DNA from: Octopus sinensis
Taxonomy: Eukaryota
NCBI RefSeq assembly: GCF_006345805.1
Contig: NC_043002.1
Span: forward strand, 68,696,001-68,760,000
Reading direction: 5' to 3'
Length of the DNA stretch: 64,000 nt
Shown here: positions 49,135 to 61,646 of the stretch, piece after piece
Layout: the number at the start of each line of letters is the position of its first letter
Position numbering within the stretch: position 1 is the first letter of the stretch
Made by a program: the position numbers and the translations under genes
Notes under the pieces: generated by a model
The model's input: only the letters and a program-made list of their open reading frames with translations
Databases searched by the model: none
Told to the model about the DNA's origin: nothing

Positions 49135-50950
49135 AGTCGGTCTTTTCATACTAGATACACTTAAAAAGAAATTCCCTTCAACTAGCTTTGGACTCTACAG
49201 AGATGCCGCGCTGGCCATCTGCTAGATTGGCTCAGAAAAGACCTCACCATGAACTCCCTTGGACTGAAGGTCACGATAAAGACCAACCTGAAAACGGTAG
49301 ATTTCCTTGATGTGACTCTGGACCTGGAATCTGGCATTTATAGGCCCTTTAGGGAACCAAATGTGAAGCTGTCTTACTTTAACACAGGTTCCTACCATCC
49401 AGCCATAGTGTTCAGGAACCTGGTTAAGGGTGTCAGCAGGAGAATCTCCAGTTTATCTTCAAGCAAAGAGATCATTGATGCTGCTGCCTTATACCACAAC
49501 CGAGCTTTGGCTGTCAGTGGTTTCAAGGATAGTATTGGTTACATGCCAGACCCTAACCCCAATAAGGGAAGGCACTGTGGGAAAGTGCAGTGATTCATAC
49601 CACCCTTCTCTTTAAACGTTAAGACAGGAGTAGTAAGATCTTCCTTAGTTTAGTTAATAGGCATTTCTCCCATACTAATAGATACAATAAAATATTTAAT
49701 AGACATACCCTGAGACTATTCTTTAGCTGTGCACCTAGTGTAAAAAAGATTTTAGTAGGTAGGCTCACACCCGAAGCAAAGGCAGGATGCAGGGGTAACA
49801 TAACTTGTCCACTGAATGGCTACTGCAACATGGAGACTAATATATGAGGCAGAAGTAACAGCCACTGGACCAAATGGACAACCGAGCATGTGGAAGTACA
49901 TGAAGGACAATGGAAGGCCTCTTCAGAACCTACTTTAAATAACAACAAGTCCTTCTTCAACATCCCAGAGAGATGTAAAGCAACAGCCTTAGCCAAGCAC
50001 ATTTGGTCTTTGAAAGAAAGCACCACAGAGTACAGCATAAAATGGAAGATCCTGGAAAAATGCAAGCCATTCTTCAATAGCAGCAGGAAGTGCAGGCTAT
50101 GCCTGACTGAGAAGCGAGCCATTTTAAAGGGTACTCAACACCCGGATGTTTACCTGAATAGCAGGAGTGAGGTGTTTAATCCTTGCCCACATAAAAGCAA
50201 GTACATCCTATCATACCTGCACACTCCAACTTGATTGCAACCACAGGTCCCTGGCCTCAACCTTCCACCAATGCCCTCAGGCCTGGCAAAGAGTTTAACC
50301 AAAGCACACACCAATGCACCCATGCACACACACACACATGCACCTGCAAAGCAGACACCCCACACAATAGACTATCTCCTACCAACGCCAACATATACAC
50401 TTTCACACACATTGTATCCCCCACACATATACACAGGCACACACATTATATACAGCACACTAACATAACCCCACCTCCACAACCTTATCATTTACATAAA
50501 GAAAACAGACCAATGAACACAGCCATATACACTTACAACTCTGGAAAAAATTATGCACATGACACCACTACACATATCACACAAGCCATCCCCACAGGAG
50601 CACCACTCTTAATTATGCACACTTCTACCACAAACACTTTAAGATAACTCTTACCAGCCTCGCAGCATACTCACCAAGGGGCATAATTTCTAACCTAATC
50701 CCCTGGCCCTTTTTCGTTTCACCACCCTTTTCCACAGCAGCTGCTGACAGGTTGTGTTAATCCACCTCTGACAATGGAGAGCAGTTACCATATTCCCTTC
50801 TGTATCAGCTAACTCTGATGAGCGTAAGGTTATATAATAGGATTGTTACCTAATACCCTATTGTATTGTCTTTAGAAGTTGAAATATGTCATAAACATAT
50901 TTTAACTAACCTAAAGTTTGCTTGTGTCTAAACACTGCTTAGCAGTGATG
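49135..50950 (+). mobile_element. 5'-truncated Penelope-like element: RT C-terminus, GIY-YIG endonuclease, terminal repeat
   Basis: GLYRDA (mutated YRDD), VDFLDVTLDL, SYHPAIV, TALAKHIWSLK...KWKIL...KCRLCLTEK...LNSRSE...CPHKSKY; frameshifts and stops; degenerate CTGATGA...GAAATATGTC at 50815-50890. Confidence 0.9.
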
Positions 50951-50954
50951 CTGC

Positions 50955-50996
<42 letters not shown>

Positions 50997-50997
50997 T

Positions 50998-51480
50998 TTG
51001 CAGCGTGGGAGATGTTTATAAGCCATTTAAGAAACACAAAAACCATTAGATTCACTACAACATTTAAATTTAATTTGTCAAAATATTTTCATTGTTTTGA
51101 GACTGTGACCTGTTCACTGACAAAACTTCGTGCTGCATCAAAGATTTGTCAGTGAACAGGCTGCGGTCTCAAAGTGACGAAAATATTTTGACAAATTAAA
51201 TTTAAATGTTGAAGTGAATCTAATAGTTTTTGTGTGTTTCTTAAATGGCTTATTATGTATTGTGAAATTTGATTTTAAATTGTTAAATTGAATTTTTCCC
51301 TGTAAGTTTTGGAATTATATTCCCTACTATTATTGAAGTTCTGCTAATATAAGAAGTTCCTGGCTTTAAGGGTATTGTGAAAGGCCTAGCTGGAAGATCA
51401 AACTTCCACGCTGCAATTGTTTTCGTTCCAGCACATGATCTCAGATCAAGTCACTTGCTATGCAAGTACATCTCTGTAAT
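50998..51480. mobile_element. Foldback PLE-type terminal repeat (arms 51018-51124 and 51145-51253) plus reversed 5' piece 51400-51480
   Basis: About 108-bp inverted arms; same family as 5740-6062. Confidence 0.65.
51145..51195 (+). ncRNA. Variant type I hammerhead fold with G3:C8 core (mirror copy 51074-51124, minus)
   Basis: UUUGUCA GUGAACA G GCUGC-GGUCUCAAA-GUGAC GAAA AUAU UU^UGACAAA: 7-bp stem I, palindromic stem III. Confidence 0.5.
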
Positions 51481-51929
51481 ATATATATATATACACATAC
51501 ATACATGTGTGTGCAAGAGTGTGTGTGTGTGTGTGTGTGTGTGTATAACAATAATAGTACGGAATATAATTCCAAAACTTACAGGGAAAAATTCAATTTA
51601 ACAATTTTAAATCAAATTTCACAATACATAATATATGTATGTAATTTAGAGAAAAACCTCTATTAAACAATTCAATAAAGACGTTATTCACACCATAAAG
51701 AAAACATGCTATAAAAAAACCTTATTCTAAAATTCAATAAAGTACAATATATAGTAAATAGTAGTAAAAAGACTATACGCATATATGTGTTACCAACAGT
51801 ACATAACAAAAACTGGATCTTTGGGTTTGCTTGTTGAAAACATTCCTGGCAATAACTCCTAGTAATTCATTGTCAGAATTTCTTTAATTGCCATTAAGCC
51901 ACAAGGAATAATGTTTTTCTTTTACATAC

Positions 51930-51986
51930 CAGAATATGAAGACTCTGCACATAGGATGTCAATTGTCTCAACACACCAATATATAT
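51930..51986 (-). other. Candidate 57-nt exon
   Basis: Acceptor ttctacttcttcacaag, donor CTG|gtatgt; two open frames (IYIGVLRQLTSYVQSLHIL or IYWCVETIDILCAESSYS). Confidence 0.2.
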
Positions 51987-52404
51987 CTTGTGAAGAAGTA
52001 GAAATAGTAGATTGCTTACTTAGATAACGTTACAGTATTTGATTACATCGTTTTGTGCTTTGAGTTTAAGTTCTGCTTTGCTTGATTCTGCCTTTCATCT
52101 CTCAGTAGTTGACGAATAAGTACCAGTACCAGTTATATCCAGTAAATTCTGCTTTTTTCTCTGTATCTCAGATTTGCAGCTTTATAGAAATGTGCTAATA
52201 TAAGAAGTTCCTGGCTTTAAGGGTATTGTGAAAGGCCTGGCTGGAAGATCAAACTTCCAAATTCTTTTACAGGGCTCTGAAAAACTGAAGGATCACTGCA
52301 ATAAGTGTGTGAGTCTGAGAAGGGAATATGTTGAATAAAATCATAATTAACTGATCCTCCTGTATTTTCTTTTACCCAAATCCAGAAACTATTCAGCACC
52401 CCTC

Positions 52405-52437
<33 letters not shown>

Positions 52438-52541
52438 TGTATGTATGTATGTATGTATGTATGTATGTATGTATGTATGTGTATGTGTGTGTATGTATGT
52501 ATGTATGTATGTATGTATGTGTATGTATGTATGTATGTATG

Positions 52542-52572
<31 letters not shown>

Positions 52573-52622
52573 TATGTATGTGTGTGTAAAGTTTACATAC
52601 AAACACACACACACATATATTC

Positions 52623-52653
<31 letters not shown>

Positions 52654-52655
52654 TA
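52405..52655. repeat. (TATG)n microsatellite
   Basis: Directly visible. Confidence 0.95.
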
Positions 52656-52656
52656 T

Positions 52657-53224
52657 ATTGGGTTGTCCAGAATGTTTGTGCCGATTTTTAGTCGCTTACC
52701 TTTCGACTTATTTTAGAACATGGTTGAGTCCATAAAATAGGATTTGACTACACCTTCATTTAGAGCACAGTTTCAGCTATCTTTTCTTGGAAGAAGGTTT
52801 ATGTTCCTATAACTTTTGTTAATTTTGTAACCCTTTAAAATGGAAGATAAGAAAGTTCATTTTTGGCACTTGATACTTTGGGAACCAGACAAAAATTGCT
52901 GCAGCTTGGCTGGGATGTTTTACCCTACCCTCCATATTCACCAGATATTGCTCCTTCAGATTTCCACATATTCAGGTCTCTGCAGAATAGTCTTAATGGT
53001 AAAAATTTCAATTCCTTGGATGACGTAAAAAGATACCTTGATGAATTCTTTGCCATGAAACCACCTCAATTCTGGGAAGAGGGTATTTTCAAGTTAAAGG
53101 AAAGATGGAGACGCATTGTGCAACAAAATGTTTCATATTTGGTTGATTAAAAATGTAATGGCAAGTATTTATTGACCTTTTCTTTCCTTTAAAAATCAGC
53201 ACAAAGTTTCCGGACAACCCAATA
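52657..53224 (+). mobile_element. Non-autonomous mariner deletion derivative with both TIRs
   Basis: TATTGGGTTGTCC...GGACAACCCAATA; MEDKKVHF fused to RQKLLQLGWDVLPYPPYSPDIAPSDF. Confidence 0.9.
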
Positions 53225-53637
53225 TATACATATTGGGTGGTCCCATAAATAATGTGGTTCTTTAATACTGCTATTATTTTCCCAAATTAAGATAAGCATT
53301 TTTTTTTTGTCTAAAATATACTCTCCTTCATTTTCTATAGTGCTCTTCCATCTATCTGGTAGACTTGTAAGGCCCTTCTTTCAAAATTCACTTCTCCAGT
53401 AATGTTCTGATCTTGTCTACAAAATTCATATTTTTTCCATCCAAATGATTTTGAAGACACTGGCTTATGCTTATATATGGTATAATATTCCTTGCACTTT
53501 CCATTGTGTCATTGTCTTTATTGACCTCTTAAAACAAAATATGCCGAACATGCCCCTTTGTTACTTCTGTTATAGGTTAAAACAAAAAGAACTGTTGAAA
53601 TTGAACTGCACTCTTCAAAACTGGTACTAAGAGTAAG

Positions 53638-54240
53638 TGGCACGTAGGGCCTCACAGAGGAAATGACAAAGACCGAGACCCCTGAGATATTCTGTGCCTG
53701 TGAAGACCCAACAAATGAAGTAAGTTCATGGCTCGCAGAACGGCCTGCTGTGCTAACCTTGGATCGTCGAGTGACACGCTGTTCTTGAGGAGACCTATTG
53801 AGTCAAGTACGTCAACATTGAAATAAAAATCAAATGTTAATTGTAGTTAAGACACCCGTGCCAGTGACAAGTAAAAAGCACCGTCTGAACGTGGCAGATG
53901 CCAGATAAAAATCAAATGGAAATTGTAGTTAAGACACCTGTGCTGGTGACACGTAAACAGCACCGTCTGAACTTGGCAGATGCCAGTGCCACCTGACTGG
54001 CATCCATGTCAGTGACACGTAAAAGCACCATCCGATCGTGGTCGTTTGCCAGCCTGCTCTGGCCCCTGTGCTAGTGGCATGTAAAAAACACCCACTACAC
54101 TCACGGAGTGGTTGGCGTTAGGAAGGGCATCCAGCTGTAGAAACACTGCCAAATCAGACTAGAGCCTGGTGCAGCCTCCATGACATACCAGACCCCAGTC
54201 GAACCATCCAACCCATGCTAGCATGGAAAACGGACGTTAA

Positions 54241-54275
<35 letters not shown>
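53638..54275 (+). mobile_element. RTE LINE 3' end, subfamily related to 21290-25768
   Basis: GLTEEMTK remnant, internally repeated UTR, GGCGTTAGGAAGGGCATCC, (ATG)n tail. Confidence 0.85.
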
Positions 54276-54278
<3 letters not shown>

Positions 54279-54309
54279 AGAGAGAAACAAATGCCTTAAA
54301 GACTTTCAA

Positions 54310-54735
54310 TCACAAGAGATGAGTAAAAGATCCATCATTCAGGAATGTACATTCTGGTTCTGGTACACTCTTTACTCTTTTACTTGCTTCAGTCATTTGA
54401 CTGCAGCCATGCAAATCGATCCCAGGACATTGGAAGCCTAGTACTTATTCTATCGGTCTCTTTTACTGAACCACTAAGTTATGGGGACGTAAACACACCA
54501 GCATCAGTTGTCAAGCGATGTTGGGGGGGGGACAAACAGACACACAAGCATATACACACACACACACACACATATATACACGTATGACAAGCTTCTTTCA
54601 GTTTCCATCTACCAAATCCACACACAAGGCTTTGGTCAGCCCGAGGCTATAGCAGAAGACACTTGCCCAAGGTGCCATGCAGTAAGAATGAACCCGGAAT
54701 CATGTGGTTCGTAAGCAAGCCACTCCTGCGCCTAT
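54310..54735 (-). mobile_element. CORE-like tRNA SINE
   Basis: Reverse complement of the 70-490 family; further copies at 55269-55510 (+) and 60690-61100 (+). Confidence 0.8.
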
Positions 54736-54769
54736 ATGTATGAATGTGTGTGTGTGTGTGTATGCATTT

Positions 54770-54785
54770 ATAGATAAATAGATAA

Positions 54786-54866
<81 letters not shown>

Positions 54867-55057
54867 CACACGAACACACGCACATGTAATGTTCTATACA
54901 TATTTGTATCCTCTTTCCTGCTATCTCTCATAAGAAGGAAAGACTTATATCAAAAGTAGGTTTGTTATTTGCATTAATGTTTTTTTTCATTTATCTTAGG
55001 CATACATTTCATGCTTTGCATTCAAGGAGGAAGTGGCATGATATCTGTACACAAAAC

Positions 55058-55130
<73 letters not shown>

Positions 55131-55148
55131 CAGCAGTAGTAGTAGTAA
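54770..55148. repeat. (GATA)n at 54770-54868 and (TAG)n at 55038-55148
   Basis: Directly visible. Confidence 0.9.
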
Positions 55149-55432
55149 TTATTATTTCATTTATTGGCCACTAGGGCCAACATATAGGGAACAATACAGT
55201 AGATGGAGACAATGGGGTTTTACAAAAAACAATGAACAAACAATTAGGAAAACAATAACAATAAACATAGGTGCAGGAGTGTCTGTGTGGTAAGTAGCTT
55301 GCTTACCAACCACATGGTTCCAGGTTCAGTCCCACTGCATGACACCTTGGGTAAGTATTTTCTACTATAGCCTCAGGCCGAACAGAGCCTTGTAAGTGGA
55401 TTTGGTAGACAGAAACTGAAAGAAGCCCGTCG

Positions 55433-55465
<33 letters not shown>

Positions 55466-56084
55466 GTGCGTGTATATGTTTGTGTGTCTATATTTGTCCC
55501 TCCAACATCACTTTGGAGATCTAGTTTTTATTTCTAACAGATTGAGCAATTATGTAGAGGTTCCTTTGTTTGATTGTTAGAAACAACAGGCAAATTTCTT
55601 TTAAGTCAAACCTTACAATGAAGGACATTCTTGGTAATGTAGTTCTAGATAAGTTGTATATCTGAAAGAAAGAAAAAAGGATGAGTATGTCATGGATAGA
55701 TGATCAAGATTTACCTAGGGCTAAACAACAACTGCTCCCAACTACTCTTAAACCTGAAAGAATTTAACCATATATTCTTCAGATGGCATTTTAACCATTT
55801 AAATACCAACCTGCCTAAGACTGTCCTAGATCTATAATATAAACATCCTGTTTTAAAGTTTTAAAGGAATCTAAATTAGTCTCCCATCACTACCACACAC
55901 ACGTGCACACACACACACACACACACACTTTAGTCAGTCCATTCTCCTCAGAAACTCAGAAATACAGCTGTCTAAAACCCCCTCCTTTTTTATATATTTT
56001 TTCTCTACTAGCATCAACTTAGGGAAATTCAATTTAGACATGGACTGCACCAGTCTGAAAGTGCTTACAATATGGACACTGCTC

Positions 56085-56830
56085 TAAGGCAGTGAGCTGG
56101 CAGAAATTTTAGCACACCGGGCGAAATGCTTAGTGGTATTTTGTCTGTCTTTACGTCCTCAGTTAAAATTCTGCCGAGGTCGACTTTGCTGTTCATCTTT
56201 ATGGGGTTGATAAATTAAGTACCAGTTGCATACTGGAGTCAATCTAATTGACTGGCCCCCTCCCTAAAAGTTTTGGGCCTTGCGCCATGAATAGAAAAGA
56301 ATATGGACACTGCTCTTTCTTCTACAACTAAACTATACATTTTTAACCACGTATTAATATGAGCAAGTATCATCATTATTTTAATGATAATTAAAAAGGC
56401 AGCAAGCTGGCAGAATCGTTAGCATGCTGGACGAAATGCTTAGTGGTGTTTCGCCTGTCGCTACGCTCTGAGTTCAAATTTCACCGAGGTTCACTTTGCC
56501 TTTCAGTGTTGATAAATTAAGTACCAGATGTGTACTGGGGTCGATCAAATTGACTGGCCCCCTCCCCCAAAATTCCAAGTCTTGTACCTATAGTAGAAAA
56601 GATTATGATGATGATTAATGTGACAAGATGGCAAAACTGTTACAAGAGTTGGACAAAATATCCTGTAGTTTTGTTCCATTCTCTTTATATTCTGTATTCA
56701 TATCCTGCTGAGGTCAGTTTTACCTGTCGTCCTTTTTAGGTCAATAGAATCAAGTACTGGTGTGAATGATATTACCTGGTCTCCATCCCCTTAAAATTAC
56801 TGACCTTGTGCCTATTTCAGAAACCAATAT
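56085..56830 (+). mobile_element. Three tandem tRNA SINE copies
   Basis: GCTGGCAGAA heads at ~56096 and ~56405; degenerate third copy at ~56620. Confidence 0.75.
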
Positions 56831-56979
56831 TATGATTATGGCTTTTAGGAAAGTAATAATGGAGAAGTCACCTGAGCTTCAGATTAAACGCATCACAGTT
56901 CTTAGCGTCATACTTCTGGTCTTTGAGTTCAAGATTTTCAGAGGCTTGATAAACTGAACAAATTAAACATTAGTTAGTT

Positions 56980-57865
56980 AGTTAGTTAGTTAATTTGGCT
57001 CAAAAGCAAATAGCAAGGCCATGTAGGGGGACATGGAGTTAAGTACAGGGTGGTGTTCATGTAAAGAGTTCAGGCCACTTGAGGTCAAGGGAGGCTTTGA
57101 ACAAAGCAGTCGTCGGCATCTTCACCATCTCGTCTGGCAGCTTGTTCCACGGATCCGCAACCCGGACGGAGAAAGCTCCTCTCCTTCGATTGAGATGAAA
57201 TCATCTCAGGTAGAGCTTTTCGGAATGACCCCGCAGCCGACGCGCCGGAGCAGGAGTGAAGAACAGCTCTTTCGAGAGGTTACACTTTCCGCTTATGATG
57301 TTGTGGGCGACAATGAGATCACCACGGTGGCGGCGTTTTTCAAGAGAATAAAGGTCGAGTGTCCTCAGCCTTTCTTCATAGGACAAATTTTTTAGACCAT
57401 GAACCATGCGGGTAGCCAGCTTCTGGACTCTTTCGAGATGCTGTATGTCTTTGAGGAGATAAGGAGAAGAGGCTTGAATCCTGTACTCCAATATGGGTCT
57501 CACCAGCGTGACATAGAGTGGTAGGAATATGGCTGCTGTGAGCATTCCGAATGACCATCGAATCAAGAACAGAATTCCACGTGCTTTGTTGGCAGCATGG
57601 ACGCACTGGGCCGAAGGCGAAAAGGAGGAATCCACCAAGATACCCAGGTCCTTTACCTGATCGGTCCTCTCCAGCAGCAGACGACCCGGCTCAAAATCAA
57701 GTTGAGTTGCAGGAGGAGAGCCAACAGGCAGATGACAGCACTTTGACACGTTCAGACACAGGTCCCATTCGTTAGACCACTTCCAAATTTGGTGGAGGCA
57801 TCGACGAAGATCCTCTATATCACCGCGGGGAGCGACCAGTTTGATATCGTCGGCAAAATGATTAA
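56980..57865 (-). mobile_element. 5'-truncated CR1 LINE
   Basis: FADDIKL...VKDLGILVD...LVRPILEY...LERVQKLATR...LSYEERLRTLDL...RGHSEKL; (AACT)n tail. Confidence 0.95.
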
Positions 57866-59634
57866 TTAAGTTCAAATGATTAATTATCTCCCTTATATAA
57901 ACAGACTTTGTACTTTATCATAACACTTATATCCAGTGATGAGGTGGGCGTGGCACTAGTGGTAGTTGTGGTGGTGCTGGTAGTCTGTTGCATAGTGCCA
58001 AGTATATTTAGTTTCCTTATTGTGTGTTGTATTCCAGAATACGACAATATTAATTACCATGAATAGTGAAATTATTTTGACTCGGCTGGAATGTCTTTCA
58101 TCATAAATCTCTTCATTCAGATATGACCTAGGGTTAAATAACAATCATGAATTATTTTTTTTATAAAAAAGCTGTAAGAAAATTCTGTTCTATAACAAGA
58201 CTTATGAACATCAATTTACAAACTTTCTTTTTTTTTTTCACGTTTACTTTTTAAGATTATCACATTTTTGTTCAGAAATTTTTATTTCATAACATTCTTT
58301 TCTCTTTTTTGCTTTTCTTAGCATCATTTTTTCACCTTTGAAGAATATCAACATGGCTGGAACTTCTAATCTATTGAACCAACATAGGAAACAGAAAAAT
58401 GTTAGCCAGTTGTTGCATATGCTAAGGTTTTAACCCCACAAACTATAAATCATTCTTATGAAACAGGTGTGTATGTCTTCAAGCCATAATGAAGGTAACT
58501 GAGATAGAATGAATACTCTAGAATGCTGGTTGAAAGGAACACTTATGTGAAGAAATTGTATAGCCCTGTAGATAATGATAGTAGGATTGATTCACTCTGC
58601 TTGTTTCATCACAATGGTTGGCATTAGAGAGAGAAAATGAAAACTGTTGCTTGGAAACTGGAAATTGTGTTGAAGGTAATGATGATGGTGAGGAGCTATT
58701 GTTGTTGTCTTTAATTATGCTTATATTTAACTAGAATATTTGCAGGTAAATTATAGATAAAGAATTTGTGCATTCTAAAAATCTTAGAATGAGCTATAAA
58801 CAAAAAATGTAGGCATAAGGTAACTTTATATCTTAAAAAACAAAAATTTCCTTTGTTGTAAAAAATCGTCTGAAACAGAAATAATTTATTGAAATACTTA
58901 GAATATATTTCTAGTCTGGGATTACCTTTGATATAATACACTACTGTTGCTTCTTCAAGTGCTATCATTCAACCTGCTTGTCAATTGATCTAATCATAAA
59001 GTTGTTTTGCAGGTCGGTCAAAAACTGGTTTTGTGAAATTTCAATTAAGTTTCCTCTGATTTTTTTTGTTTTCTCATCGTAAACCTTTTATCATCTTAAA
59101 GTAAACCAGAGCAGATAACAACCTACTTAGTTAAACAGTAAAGGTTTTTCAGTACGTCTGGAACTATTTCTGTCATCAGGTTTAACACCACCACCTGGCC
59201 CAGCATGCTTTTGTTGATGTACACTCTATTCAAGACATTCAGATTGGTGCCCTCTAGCTTAAGGATAACTTTCTCCTTTCTTCTCCCACAAGTCTTAAAG
59301 ACCTTGAATAGTGTCATGGACACTGTCTTTCATTCCTCCTCTTACTAAGTTATGTAATAAAATAAAATCTTAACATTTCTTACTTGAACATATATGGTTG
59401 GCAAAGCAGCAAGCTGGCAGAAACATTAGCATGCTGGGTGAAATGCTTAGTGATATTTCATCTGTCTTTACATTCTGAGTTCAAATTCCACTGAGGTTGA
59501 CTTTGCCTTTCATCCTTTCAGGGTTGATAAATTAAGCACCAGTATAGTACTGAAGTCAATCTAATTGACTGGCTCCGTCCCCCAAAATTTTGGGCTTTGT
59601 GCTTAGAGTAGAAAAGAAAATATATTGTCAGCAC

Positions 59635-60010
59635 AAACGTGCTTGTGTGGTAAGAAGCTTGCTTCCCAATAAGGCAGAGAGCTGGCAGAAACATTAGCAT
59701 GCCGGGCAAAATGCTTAGCAGTATTTTGTCTGCTGCTACGTTCCGAGTTCAAATTCCGCTGAGGTCAACTTTGTCTTTCATTCTTTTGGGGTCGATAAAT
59801 TAAGTACCAGTTACGCACTGGTGTCAATGTAATCAACTTAATCCCTTTGTCTGTCCTTGTTTGTCCCCTCTATGTTTAGCCCCTTGTGGGCAATAAAGAA
59901 ATAAGACGCTTGCTTCCCAATCACATGGTTTCAGTCCCACAGTGTGGCCCTTTGGGTAAGTGTCTTCTACAATTGCCTCAAGGCATCCAAAGTGTTGCAA
60001 ATGGATGGAA
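59635..60010 (+). mobile_element. SINE nested in a SINE
   Basis: Insert ~59671-59905 flanked by GCTTGCTTCCCAAT direct repeats inside a CORE-like SINE head. Confidence 0.8.
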
Positions 60011-61646
60011 ACTGTAAGAAGCTAAGCTGATTTAACTTCTATCATTTTCCCTTGGTGGACCTCCTCTAATTTATTTATGTCACTGTAAAGCTTTTATAAT
60101 ACTGTTATATTGTGATAGCACTGGCTTGCATGTACTTCTCATAATATATCTGTCTGTCTGTATGTGTGTGTATGTGTGTGTATGTGTGTGTGTGTGTTGC
60201 TGTCTCCTTGCTTTGATTTTGCGTGATAGTTGTAAATGTGTGGCCTTGTCATGCAAGTAGTGTCTTTCATTTCCAGTCTTCCATGACCAAACATGTCTGG
60301 TTGTGGAAACTGCTACCTTACTTGGAAACAGGCCAGGGTTGGCAACAGGAAGGGCATCTGTCCTTAGAAACTACCCACTTCAACAAACTCTGTCCAACTC
60401 ATGCGAGTATGGAAAAGTGGGGATTAAAATCATGATGACAATGACAACAATGACGACAACGATAAGGATGTTGTTGTTGTTGTAGTTGAATCAACTCAAT
60501 TAGCTCTGCTTCATTAGACTTGGGCTACAGTTGAAACCAATGAAATACTTAGAAATAATCCATAAGCCCAAGATGTCATGAATACCATTCTCTTGTTTGA
60601 TAGGCAACTTGTCTATACTCTGAGTTTTTGTTTCCTCTTTCTAAAGATAGTTGGGAGATCATATATTATTTTCATCATCATCATCATCATCAGAGTGGCT
60701 GTGTGATAAGTAGTTTTCTTGCGTACCACATGGTTCCGGGTTCAGTCCCACTGCGTGACACCTTCAGCAAGTGTCTTCTACTATAGTCTCGGGCCGACCA
60801 AAGCCTTGTGAGTGGATTTGGTAGACAGAAACTGAAAGAAGCCCATCGTATATATATATATGTATGTATGTACGTGTGTGTATATGTTTGTGTGTCTGTG
60901 TTTGTCCCCCCCCCCCAACATCACTTGACAACCGATGCTGGTGTGTTTATGTCCCCGTCACTTAGCGGTTTGGCAAGAGAGACAGATAGAATAAGTACTA
61001 GGCTTACAAAGAATAAGTCCTGGGGTTGATTTGCTCGACTAAAGGTGGTGCTCCAGCATGGCCACAGTCAAATGACTGGAACAAATAAAAGAATAAAAGA
61101 ATCATCAGCATCATCATCATTATCTAATGTCCATTTTCCATGGATATTAAATGATGGCATTTTCCATGGACATTAAGCCCATGAGAAGGGTTGGACAGTT
61201 TGACAGAAGCTGGCCATCTGAAGGGCTGTTTAGGCTCCCTGTCTGTTTTGGCATGGTTTCTATGGCTGAATGCCCTTACAATTGCCAACTACTTTACAGA
61301 GTACACTGGGTGCTTTTACGCAGCACCAGCATGGGTGTTTTTTTACATAGCACCAGCACCTACGAGCCAACAAGATTAGGGTGCAAGCCTGGATGCAGGG
61401 GCAACCACACTTTTACTTAGCTTGACATGTTTATTGAAGCACAGCAAACTGTCAGGAGTCTCAGTCCTTTGTCATCCCTTCTGAGTCCCAGTCTCTGTAG
61501 ATTCTTTCTCACAACTTTGTCTCACATTTTCCTGGGTCTACCTCTTCCGCATGTTCCCTCCACAGTTAGAAATTGGCACTCTATTTTATATTCCAATTGG
61601 TGAACAACAGCATTGTTGGTCACAAATATCTAATAGATGAATTACT

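Noticed and set aside
58337-58973. Possible start exons (MAGTSNLLNQ... plus; MIALEEATVVYYIK minus)
   Set aside because: Short, with weak donor or acceptor partners and no homology.
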